In this document: piece by piece, positions 51,861-62,489 of the stretch
How the letters are laid out: every line of letters starts with the position of its first letter
Position numbering within the stretch: the stretch's first letter is position 1
Assembly (NCBI RefSeq): GCF_022045235.1
Contig: NW_027266266.1
Location: 5,890,001-5,954,000 of the forward strand
From: Haliotis cracherodii
Taxonomy: Eukaryota
DNA length: 64,000 nucleotides
Reading direction: 5' to 3'
The notes under the pieces: model-generated
The model's database searches: none
What the model saw: the letters and a program-made list of their open reading frames with translations, nothing else
What the model was told of the DNA's origin: nothing
Program-made: the position numbers and the translations under genes

Positions 51861-52138
51861 GGGGGGCACGGGTGGCCTAGTCGTCTAAGGCGATTCGCTG
51901 TGCAGAGTTGCGTCCCTTGGGCACGCCAGAAACATATGATTGTGGGTTCGAATCCCGTTTCACCCCGATTATGTTTCTAGGTTTGTCAGCACCATACCCG
52001 TGCTCGTGGGTTTCACCGAAGTGGTAAACGTCTGAGACCCGCATCACTTCGGGGTTTCCTCCCACATTAAGCTGACACGCCCCGATATAACTGGAACACT
52101 GTTAAAGGCGGCGTTAAACCCAACTCACTCACTCACTC
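51861..52138 (+). mobile_element. Full-length tRNA(Leu)-like SINE with a V-like central domain and TSD (TTTTATTTAAG)
   Basis: A box TGGCCTAGTCG, then TCTAAGGCG and B box GGTTCGAATCC. CCCGTGCTCGTGGGTTTC...GGTTTCCTCCCACA resembles the V-SINE domain. (ACTC)n tail and flanking direct repeats. Confidence 0.88.
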
Positions 52139-52924
52139 TTTTATTTAAGAAATATCGTTCACAACTTGTTATCCTTTTTCAAAAATATTCTTGTCAAATA
52201 ACAATGCCTTTAAATGCATAGGTCTACCTTCAAATCAACAGATCAAATCAAGCTTGAGGGCAAACGTTTGGAAACCTGAGCGCACACACGGATGTAGAAA
52301 GGACCGTGATTGTTCGTACTATAAGGCTATGCAGTTTCCGATATCTGATATGAATAAGCTGTTCCCTCAAATGTCAGCGCCGATCCTCATCCCCGCGTGT
52401 AGACAATGTGTAAAGCCTCGAAGAGTTAGTGTGCAACGCAGCGGACACGAATTCATCGTGGGAACTCGCGTGCGTGCGTTGGGCTCCACATTCTGCACGC
52501 GCGTGACACTGCAGGGGAATGTTGCGGTATGTGCAGTGCTAATGGTAGTTGTAATAGCAGTAGAAACACATGGGTAGTAAGTAGGTCTGAACTGGTATTC
52601 ACATCTGTCTTGTAGCGAAAGAACAGTGAGTGGTTGAGTATTGTTTCTGGTTGCCGTTGTTTGCAATATCCCCGCGGAGATATCAATATGGGGATCACAC
52701 ATTGCACTCTTTTGGACTCCGGGTTAGGGAGAGAGAAAAAAACGTTTTGCCATTAGGTTGTGTGTGTGTGTGCTTAGTGACGAGTATATATATATATATC
52801 TTAAAAGATTAGTCGAATATCATCATCATCGCCCTCCGGGCAGTTACTGTTTGATATGTTATGAAAAAATGTGTTATGAATAAAAGAAGAAAAAGTATTC
52901 GTCTATTCCTCTCAGAGAATACCG

Positions 52925-53225
52925 ATATCCGTGATGTACTGGATGGGACGTCTGCCCGGAGAGCGGAAGGTCGGGGTTCGATCCTCATGCGTTTTACCAA
53001 AAGACGTTAAAAGATGGTACCTGCCTGGCATTAAGGGCTAAAACAAGGACTGGTCGGCTCGGAGTCAGTACACTGTATCTGAGTGGGGTATTCATGTTAA
53101 ACTGCGGCATGTGGTGTCTGTGGGCTAGCACCATAATACCGGCATTAGTCAAGACAAGTACAAGCAGCCACACATACACGTGCATGCACGTTGCTATATG
53201 AGTTAAACCCCATTTCACCTCACAT
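52925..53225 (+). mobile_element. Diverged tRNA-derived SINE, possibly Meta-domain type
   Basis: B box GGTTCGATCC, central GGACTGGTCGGCTCGGAGTCAGTA...GAGTGGGGTA, and a tail ending GTTAAACCCCATTTCAC. Confidence 0.6.
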
Positions 53226-53609
53226 ACCAGAGAAACGAGAAAACGATGTCTTGAAGAAGTGACCGAAAACTAGTCTGTCATACAGACCCTGGAAAAACAT
53301 ATCCAATACAGCCCATCCAAGTCTATAATAGTTGGCAAGTCAATATTACTGCTGTCTCTAGGCTCCTTTTTATTATATTTTATTAAGTTAATTTATCAAC
53401 TGTTTTTTTTCTGTAATTGTTTTGTTTTAGAGACTAGATGTCTAGCCGTAAACATATTCTGTCATTTGAATATATACATTGGTAATCAAAATTTCATTGG
53501 GAACTGTATCGTCCAAGTTAACGAGGTTTCACTGTGTGTGATCTATACATACATTTGGTGCCAAGTTGAAGCAGTATAACGTACACAATAATAGGCAACT
53601 CGTTGAGAA

Positions 53610-53860
53610 CCTCCGTGAAGAACCGGGTTATGATTGGTCTACACTAACCAATGCTTGTCGTTTGAGGCGACTAACGGGATCGGTTATGCAGGATTGCTGA
53701 CTTGGTTGAAGCATGTCGTCGTAACCCAATTGTGTTGATCGATGATCATGTCAATCACTGGATTGTCTGTTGCAGACTCGATTATTTACAGATTTACAGA
53801 CAGTCGTTATATTGTTGGAATATTGCTGGGTACGGCGTTAAACAGCAAACAATCAAACAA
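53610..53860 (+). mobile_element. SINE-like element of the same family as 48820-49090
   Basis: CCGTGAAGAACCGGGTTA...GCTTGTCGTTTGAGGCGACTAACGGGATC...GGCGTTAAACAGCAAAC. Confidence 0.8.
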
Positions 53861-54092
53861 ATGTCGTGTAAACGTGATAAAACGCCCACAGCACTATGGT
53901 CCTAAACTAAGGAGAATTGTGTCCGAAGACATAGATTCCAACACTTTTCATTTCCAGAAGACGCAAGGCTTTTTATTCACAGTCCACCTCATCTTAGGGT
54001 ACATTGTGTCAAGATCATATCCGTCTCCGCCCAGATATTTCCAACTCATCCAACCTACAACGTGTCAAGATCCTTTCTGTCCCCCGCCCTTG

Positions 54093-54785
54093 ACCGTTTT
54101 GATTTTTCCACAACAAGGGATAGATATTTCAAAGTTTCATCGTTAAAGGATCTTTTTTACAATATCAGCTCTCATTTAATCGTTAGTTTTTTTTAAAGAA
54201 ATAGAACTTGTACATAAATTTTGATAAATGTGTTTTGTAATTAATAAATGATCTTTTAATATTGGTAGAATACATTGGATAACTAAGATTGTCAGTGGCT
54301 GTACCTCGAAGGGGGTTGAAGTAGTGTAAAAGGATTGTCCCCCGGAGATGGTGCGTAAGTCCACGTCATTCACAGTTTATTTATTAATACCACGTTTTTA
54401 ATCGCAGAATATATGTTCTTTTAATTCGGCTAAATTGACAATAATCGCCAACACCTGAAGGGATGATGTAAATCCGGCTGGGGTCCATGCACATGATGCA
54501 GGAAGCTACAGTTCTGTAAGTCCGCATGGACCCTAGCATGGTGATCTACCTTCAGCTGCTGGCGATCTGTAGCTCTATTTTATAAGGTATTGTTCTGTAT
54601 AGTGATGCATTGTTATGGTTCCACGCTAGTTTTAAATCATAATCTGTGATAAGACTAGGTATTGTACTGTCCGTTGTTGACAGGTTTTTATAGTTTCCAT
54701 TTATTTATTATATATGCCCTTTGTAAGTCACGATATGGCTGAAATATTGCCGATGTGACTTTAAATTTTAACCCACTCACTCACT
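54093..54785 (+). mobile_element. 5'-truncated I/Nimb-type LINE 3' end inserted in a 56-bp minisatellite
   Basis: Shared 3' UTR ending CACGATATGGCTGAAATATTGCCGATGTGAC..TAAA..(ACTC)n. Flanked by TGTCCCC(C)GCCCT direct repeats. Confidence 0.75.
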
Positions 54786-54789
54786 TTGT

Positions 54790-55025
54790 CCCCCGCCCTG
54801 ATATTTCCATCTGATCCAACACACAATGTGTCAAGATCGTTTCCGTCTCCGCCCTGATATTTCCCACTCATCCAACACACAATGTGTCAAGATCGTTTCC
54901 GTCTCCGCCATGATATTTCCCACTCATCCAACACCAATGTGTCAAGATCGTTTCCGTCTCCGCCATGATATTTCCCACTCATCCAACACACAATGTGTCA
55001 AGATCGTTTGTCCTCCGCCCTGATA
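54790..55025. repeat. 55-56-bp minisatellite, about 4 units, plus about 1.5 units at 54005-54092
   Basis: Unit CCGCCCTGATATTTCCCACTCATCCAACACACAATGTGTCAAGATCGTTTCCGTCT. Confidence 0.92.
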
Positions 55026-55832
55026 TTGCTGGAATAATGGATAACTTTGGAACAAGTGTATAAATATATGAAAGAAAACGTCTGAATCAGCTGATGACTC
55101 ACTCCATCCCTTCCTACCGGGTACCCAGTGTTTGCTGCTTGTTGATCAGATGCAACTTTGCAACAAGTGTTTACATCGCTGTAAATGGAGAAATATATGA
55201 CACATTGTTCAGAAAATATATATTTTATTTCTCTCACCATGACACTGTCTCAATGTTACATCAAAATGTATAATTTACTGATATACCCCATAATTTAAAA
55301 TTGACATGGCCAACACACTACATGCAGGAGCACAGGCACAATATTAATCTGGAACACCCGAATCTTTCACATTATTCCGGTAATGCCATGCCGAACAAAT
55401 TAACTATAGTCATATAAATGAAGCCTGGCGTCTTCACCTTTTTTGAGTAGTATATGTTATATAATTGTAATCACCTCGTGACAAGTTATCTGGAAATACA
55501 TGTTAACAAATGTATGACTGCATGTACTCATTTTCACGGGTGTGATGCGTGTTAATATCAGTGAACTTTTGACAGTAGTCGGACCCGGCATAACACAGGC
55601 TATATGGTGATGCATCTATCAACATAAAAACACCTATGTCCTTTGTGGTGCGACGTTCCTATCCCAGTGTTAATAGCAAATTCCTTTTCATTAAATCATC
55701 AAAACATAACGAAGCGTCGTATTGCAACATTGAGAACATGGTCAACCTTATCAATGCGGTCTTCATTAACCCCGTCAGAGCTTGCAGATTAAAGAACAGG
55801 TTCACACTCGAGTCATGTAGTTAGTTCGCAAT

Positions 55833-56028
55833 ACTACCAGTCAAACAGTTCGTTCACAAGACTACTAGTCAAACAGTTCGTTCACAAGACTACTAGTCAA
55901 ACAGTTCGTTCACAAGACTACTAGTCAAACAGTTCGTTCACAACACTACTAGTCAAACAGTTCGTTCACAACACTACCAGTCAAACAGTTCGTTCACAAG
56001 ACTACTAGTCAAACAGTTCGTTCACAAC
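55833..56028. repeat. 28-bp minisatellite, 7 units
   Basis: Unit ACTACTAGTCAAACAGTTCGTTCACAAG. Confidence 0.95.
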
Positions 56029-56249
56029 TTCGTTCTTCCGTTTCAAATGTTATCCCACTGAGCGAGAGATAAATGATGATTTGTCGAAGATGCATGACTA
56101 GGACTAGTCGTGTAATTTGTTTACAACATCCCTATTTGGGTGAGTGGGGTGGGGTGGGGTGGGGTGGGGTGTTGTGGGGGAAGGGTCGGGAATAACAACG
56201 CGTTCACTGTATGCCCACATCTAATGAAAGTTCACTACACTGATTGTTT

Positions 56250-56515
56250 CAATGCGTTTAAATGCATAGGTCTTCTTTCAAATCGACAGGTCAAATCAAG
56301 CTTGAGGACAAACGTTTGGAAACCTGAGCGCACACACGGATGTAGAAAGGACCGTGATTGTTCGTACTATAAGGCTATGCATTTTCCGATATCTGATATA
56401 AATAAACTGTTCCCTCAAATTTCAGCGCTGATCCACATCTCTGCGTGCAGGCAATGTGTAGCACCTTGTAGGGTTGTAGGGTTGTAGGGTTAGTGTGCTG
56501 GGAAGCGGACACGAA
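56250..56515 (+). repeat. Direct duplicate of about 52203-52452
   Basis: Near-identical block (…GGAAACCTGAGCGCACACACGGATGTAGAAAGGACCGTG…). Confidence 0.85.
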
Positions 56516-56540
56516 TGCATACATATGCCCTATACTGCTT

Positions 56541-56706
56541 CGGGCGGTCGGGTAGCCTAGTGGTTAAAGGTTCGCACGTCACTCCGGAGGCACGGGTTCG
56601 ATTCCCGACATGGGTACAATGTGTGAAGCACATGTCTGGTGTCCCCCGTCTTGATATTGCTGGAATATTGCTAAAAGCGGCGTTTAACCAAACTCACTCA
56701 CTCACT
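56541..56706 (+). mobile_element. Short tRNA-derived SINE (family of 35587-35747)
   Basis: A and B boxes, shared body, (ACTC)n tail. Confidence 0.88.
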
Positions 56707-57621
56707 CCTATACCGCTTCACCCAGGAACCCTATTCTTTAGCGACCGCCGCCATCCCGGAGGTAAAAACAAAGAAATCTAAATCGCCACACTCAAAATGA
56801 ACATGAATTTGAATTCACTTTCATTATTTTATTTTTAAGTTTCCCTGTGTTGTTCAGTCATAGATTTAATTCTTTAAAATAAATGCACTTACACAAATTA
56901 TTGTTAACACGTTCAGAAAACGGTATCATGCAATCATGGTGTGTTCGCTATAAGGCCAGAGTACATCTTGTGTGTACACCATAAGGCAACAGTGTATATA
57001 TTCTCACTCAGAAACATATCAACAATGCAAGTATTCTACACAACTGCGTGTGTAGTCATTGGTTTAGATCAAATAAAACAAAATATATACAAAAATCTGG
57101 TGTTGCGCTGTACCCATCACAATAAATATCTCGATACGTGCGCACTCTAAAATAGCGATTGAAATTGCGAAAGACGTCATTTATAAACATTTGTATAAAG
57201 AGAGACAGCCTCAATCCAATAAATAATTCAATAAATATTATGATAGGCCACTTAAAGAAAGCCTTGTTTCTCATCACCGAATACAAATTGCCCCTTCCCT
57301 TGATGTGATTTCATGCTAAATTCGGTTTCGGTTCCGCATTTCTAAAGTTATTTCCTGTTGAGCAGCCATGTCGTTCGTACTCGCGTTAAAATCAGATCTT
57401 TGGGCTCTCTACCGCTGCAGTTACTTAGAGTAACTAAGCCAATCGCCATGTTGTAAAACATATATTCCTGACATAGTCTGAAAATACCCTCTGACAGTTA
57501 ACACAAGTTAACTGGTATATATCTCAAGCGAAAATATGATTGTTTCCTCTCTATAAAATAGAATATTTCATCACTAAATTTTTAAGGATATTATTCATCA
57601 GACCTGTGCTCTTGTTTTAAC

Positions 57622-57775
57622 GGGGCGGTCGGGTAGCCTAGTGGTTAAAGCGTTCGCTCGTCACGCTCGATTCCCGACATGGGAGCAATATGTGAAGCGC
57701 GTTTCTGATGTCCACTGCCGTGATATTGTTGGAATAGTGCTAAAAGCGGCGTAAAATCATACTCACTCACTCACA
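57622..57775 (+). mobile_element. Short tRNA-derived SINE with an internal deletion
   Basis: GGGGCGGTCGGGTAGCCTAGTGGTTAAAGCG...GCGGCGTAAAATCATACTCACTCAC. Confidence 0.85.
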
Positions 57776-58674
57776 CTTATTTTGGCGCACTGATCTGACA
57801 AGATTTGATGTCCTTAATTGGTGATGAACAGAGTGCATAAACATTCATTGCTATGCGTGCGAAGTCTTGCCACCCATCACTCAAGGTAACGTTAATATTT
57901 AGTCAAAATATTCGACATTTAAGGACCGACCATTTGTTATTTGGGGGTGGAGGTATCACTGCCCTCCTCCCCGTAATAGGAAATGGTCACTCCCTGGGAA
58001 GAAACAGGCCGTTAAGGAATCAAGGGTAGACGTATTCAAGCTTGTCAGTGCAGTGGAACCTCGTATTCTCGAACTAATGTCAATGCACAGTAGGCCTTTT
58101 GATAGGTGATCGTTATGTGAAATGGTGGTTAGCCTTTGTGTGCCGTGAAAACGTGGTGGGAGAGAACGGCGAGAGGAAATATTTGAAACATTTATGTTGG
58201 TTACATGTTTGTATCTCAAATTACACCATATCTCGAACCTGAAGGTTTGGTCCTTCGGATTCGAGATAGAGGGAGTTAACTGTAGCCTTCTCGCCTAGGC
58301 AAAATCGTATCTATATCACTGAATCCGGCTATGATATTATTACGACAATGAGGCATGTGTACTGTAAGCCCATGTTCTCTGGTGGGATGGCACAGCATTG
58401 GTTATTGGAGCTGATGATATATAGTGTAGTTACTGTTGATTTATGTCTCATGTGTGACAAAAGTTGTATACAGTACATAAATATTCTCCCTGATGTGTTT
58501 TTTTTGTAAATTACTTGTTTTCGACAGTCTATAGGTGAAGTAGTGCTGATTTAACATAAACATTTATCTCTCCGACATTTCGCTTGTATCAAACTACGGA
58601 TAAATAGAAATACATTTCATAATCCCACGGTCTTCGAGTAAATGAGGTTGCACTCTGGATTGTCTATCCTAATC

Positions 58675-61600
58675 CTATTTCTTCGTTGCTCTCTCTTGAT
58701 CAACAACCTTCGTCAACAATTGAAAGAGCTCTGGTGTGACCTTGACCTTGTCGGCAGAGGTCACCTCTAATTTGACGTCGGCGTACGTGAACCTCCCGAC
58801 GCAGAATATCGACCACAGAGGTTTGTGAATACTGATCCTCTCTGCTTTACTCACAACCGTGTTCGAGATCAGATCAAGAACGTGAAGACGGCGACGATCA
58901 AAATCAAGAAGCATGCCAAACTGGAAGTCCGCGTTTACCCCAGCGGCGTTCTTGCAGCCACCGAAATGCGCCAGATTTTTACAGCAATATTTGATTTTGA
59001 TGCATAGCTCATGGTGAAGGTCGCATCCAGCCAGAACGAGACTGGAATCAATTCTTTGACTGAGGGGAGCATCTACGGGTGTACCAGTCAAAGCTGCCTC
59101 AAATAACATCTTGTTATCAGGAACACGCTGTTTTATGTGAACCTTGGTTTTCACAACCCATAGCATGAATCCAGTCCCGTCCAGAGCCGTGTCCGCCATT
59201 GATCCGGGATAAGCGCGCAGACGACATCCGGTGTTAGGTAGGGGGCGCTCAGGAGCGTAGTTGACCATAACGCCCTCTGGTGTCACGGTCCTATCTGGGT
59301 GAATAGTCTGGAGATCGAATGACAGTCTTGGACCTGAAAAAAATGTTCAGTGATTGATTTTGATTGATTTTGATAATTGACTTTTACTTCTCTGGCGCGG
59401 CTAAGGGACCTAACCAGTGCACGCACCACGATTACATGAGATTACTAGATAATTACTAGATAATGTGCGTCCATATGCAAGATGCGTCCATACAACTTCT
59501 TTATTAAATGGGGGCATTGATGGCCCAGTCGTCTCAAGCACCGCAATTCGCTGAGCAGAGTTGCGTCCCTGGGCACGCCAGAAATATGGATGTGAGTTCG
59601 AATCCCAGTTCGCCCCGATTATGTTTCTAGGTTTGTCAGTACCATACCCGTGCTCGTGGGTTTCACTACAGTGGTAAGCGTCTGAGACCTGCATCACTTC
59701 GGGCTTTCCTCCCACATTAAGCTGACACGCCGTGATATAACTGGACTACAGTTCTAAGCGGCGTCAAATCCAACTCACTCACTTTTTATTAAATTATACA
59801 TAAAATCACAAATGCTCCGATTTTGTCGTTTTGTATCCGATTAGCTCCCTTGACATTTATTTAAAGCATACCTTAAAAGATCTCACATTTGAAACTTTAA
59901 ACGTCAAAGAAATATCTAATTTATTACTTACAGCTAATGCGGATTGTTCCTCTGTCCTCATTGGCCGGAATCATGATGACCCGGTCGTCATGACAACCTG
60001 AAACAGATATGCATTATTCAAGGAATGACGGGGGAATGCCACGAAATGCAGAAATGTTTCCCTTAATGCCAGGCTGAGTGTTGTGTACTTTGAAACTGAG
60101 AACGGATTTCTATGAAGTTAATCACCAAAAATGCAAATGTAATCAGTTGATATAATTCAAACCACAAATTCTCCAGACATGAGAATACCCTTACAAATTG
60201 ATAAAATATGTACATTTTAGGAAGGGCAACGTCTCTTGACTTTTCACTAATGGGTTCGTTTTCGTAATCGACAAACACATATCTAGTTATTTACACAATG
60301 CGCCTAATGCATATGGACAAGCTAATGTATGCCGTTTTGCCATACACCAGGCGTACCTCATCCATACAGATAGATAATCGTATAATGCATTGCGTCAGAA
60401 ACTTGAGTGTCATTGAGTTAGCTGGCCTTCTACGAGCAGAGACTATTTCAGGATTGAATCGATCGGAGCACGGCTTTCCGATGTCAGGCGTGTTTGCTAC
60501 TCACAGACAATGTCCCTGACCGTCTTCAGATCCTTGCCCTGTTCCTCCAGAGTGGTGATTACGTCCAGGTCATGACCTGAAACAGTCCATTAGTTCCATG
60601 TGCATTGTATGTTATAAGTGGGATAACGCCACAGGGTTTCCGTACAATAGTCAATTTGTGCGAACAGTGTATGTCTCCAGTTGAGGGGGCAAGGGTGGCC
60701 CAGTCGTCTAAGGCGCCGTGATTCGCTGTGCAGAGTTGCGTCCCTTGGGCAACTTATTTACAGTCTATTTACTTGTATTTGATACAAATTCTCTTCATAA
60801 CATATTAGTCTTTATATTCAATTTCTTCTTTTCGTAATTTTGAGCATTTTAAGTTTATTAGAAGCACATGAAAGTCAGATTATATCTAATAACGATAATA
60901 AATTCTGTCTTGGAGTGTTATGGTTTTTTTTACGAATAGTGAGAAAATGGCATTAATATTTTTTATTCCATTAGATAAGTACAGCAATTTGAAAGGGCAA
61001 TAGAAACTTGACGCGTGACTTCCCCTTTCACTGGTATGTTTCGTAAACCACAACAATAATGGTAGGTATGTAAGACCACATAGTCCATATCATATCGGTA
61101 TTGTCATTGATTCCTTACTTATCAGACCCGTGAAGATCCAGAGTAGAATAGGTCTTCAGCGACCCATTCTTGCCGTAAAAGGGAATTATAGCTGGAGTGC
61201 GGCGTTAAACAACAAACAAACAAATAAACAAAAACTTACTTATCAAAGTTACTTTTTCTCATGAGCATATACGGTCACCTACCTTCCGGGTGCAGAGATG
61301 GCTTCATTTGGACTTCCTCTCGTCCCTTGCGTCCTGTCGGCTTGTAGGTGACGACCCGTAGCTGTCCCGCCGTCTTCAGTAACGTCTCCACCATCTGCAG
61401 ATTCCAGGGAGAGAATACAACACCCTGTCGTGTGGTATGAACTTGGCCATTGGGAATGTCAAGGACGTTCTTGAGGGAGTTGGACACCATCGGGAAGAGC
61501 TGCAAGAACTCAACGTTGTCAGCCTTAGATTTAAACTCCTTTGCATAGTCGGTCGCTGTGTTCAGCATGGACAGGCGACAGTCGGTCGAATCAGTGTCCA

Positions 61601-62489
61601 CCGTCGCTGATGTTGCAAGCGTGGCCGAATCACGATCCACCTCAGCCAGTAGTTCTGTGCGACGGTGTTGCATGATATCCATGAGATGGTCGAATACTTC
61701 ATTGATACTCTCTTTGGCGGTTGTCTCAGAGACTTCGTTGCTGTCCGATTTCAGTTTCAAGCATTGGCCGTAGTCTGTCAAATGTCTGTGCTTCTTTCGC
61801 GCTTTGGACAACAGTTTCCCAGTTTGTTTGATCCTAGTTCCAAAAGCCTCTTGTATTGTGAGAACATTATGTGTGTCCTTGTCATGACCTTCCCTGATAC
61901 AAATGTTGCATACGACCTGTTTGCATGTCGTACAGTACAGAGTAACCTTAGAGAAACTATGATCTTTGCAGTAATGCTGTTTAAAGTCCTTGAGTTGTCT
62001 GGCTTTCATGTTAGGTACTGCAACGGTGCTGTGACGTTTTGTCTTGGTTTCCTCCTTATGTACGTCACGGCATACGTCACACATGTATCCATCACAGTTC
62101 TCGCAGAACCACGTGGACTGCGTCTTCTTGCAGACCAAACACGGAAAGCTTAGGCCCTTCTGGATATGCTGGTACTCCATGGTTTTGATCCGTATCAGCT
62201 CAACCGGTAGATCCACCGTCCCTCCATCTACAACAGACTCGTCGATGACGTCAATGGACTCGTTGGTTCTGTTCGCTTGGGGCATAGTAACTGATTGTCG
62301 GCATACAGGGCAACGGAGGTGCGAGGAGCTCTCAAGGCACAGCTTTGATGCGCACGCAGAGCAGATTGCGTTCAGGCAGCAGCCCAACATCCGGGGCTCG
62401 CGGCCGTTCATGGTGAAGAGGTGCGTGCAGAACAAACAGCGGAGGAAACGGGTCCGGGGGTCAAGGTTCACGGTCTCCGACATCGCCAT
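58675..62489 (-). CDS. TRIM-like protein (RING, two B-boxes, coiled coil, divergent PRY/SPRY-like C-terminus), 645 aa. Coding exons 62489-61283, 60576-60505, 59333-58675
   Basis: Exon 1 has CLFC...CCLNAICSAC...CPVC, CLVC..CENC..MCDVC..VH..H and CKDH..YCTTC..VCNIC..GH..H, then a helical region. Phase-1 GT-AG introns join a 72-bp exon (GHDLDVITTLEEQGKDLKTVRDIV) and the last exon (CPRLSFDLQTIHP...FGMLLDFDRRRLHV...PLWSIFCVG) in frame. Confidence 0.88.
59510..59783 (+). mobile_element. Full-length V-like SINE in TRIM intron 2 with TSD (TTTATTAAAT). Head-only copy at about 60685-60752
   Basis: Matches 51861-52138. Flanking direct repeats are present. Confidence 0.88.
61125..61234 (+). mobile_element. 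Internally deleted copy of the non-tRNA-head SINE with an 11-bp TSD (CTTACTTATCA)
   Basis: TSDs at 61114-61124 and 61235-61245 fix the 5' end at GACCCGTGAAGATCC. (AAAC)n tail. Confidence 0.85.

Noticed and set aside
57921-57995. Short element with imperfect inverted ends (AAGGACCGACCATTT / AAATGGTCACTCCCT)
   Set aside because: Possibly a collapsed MITE, but it is a single degenerate copy without a clear target duplication.
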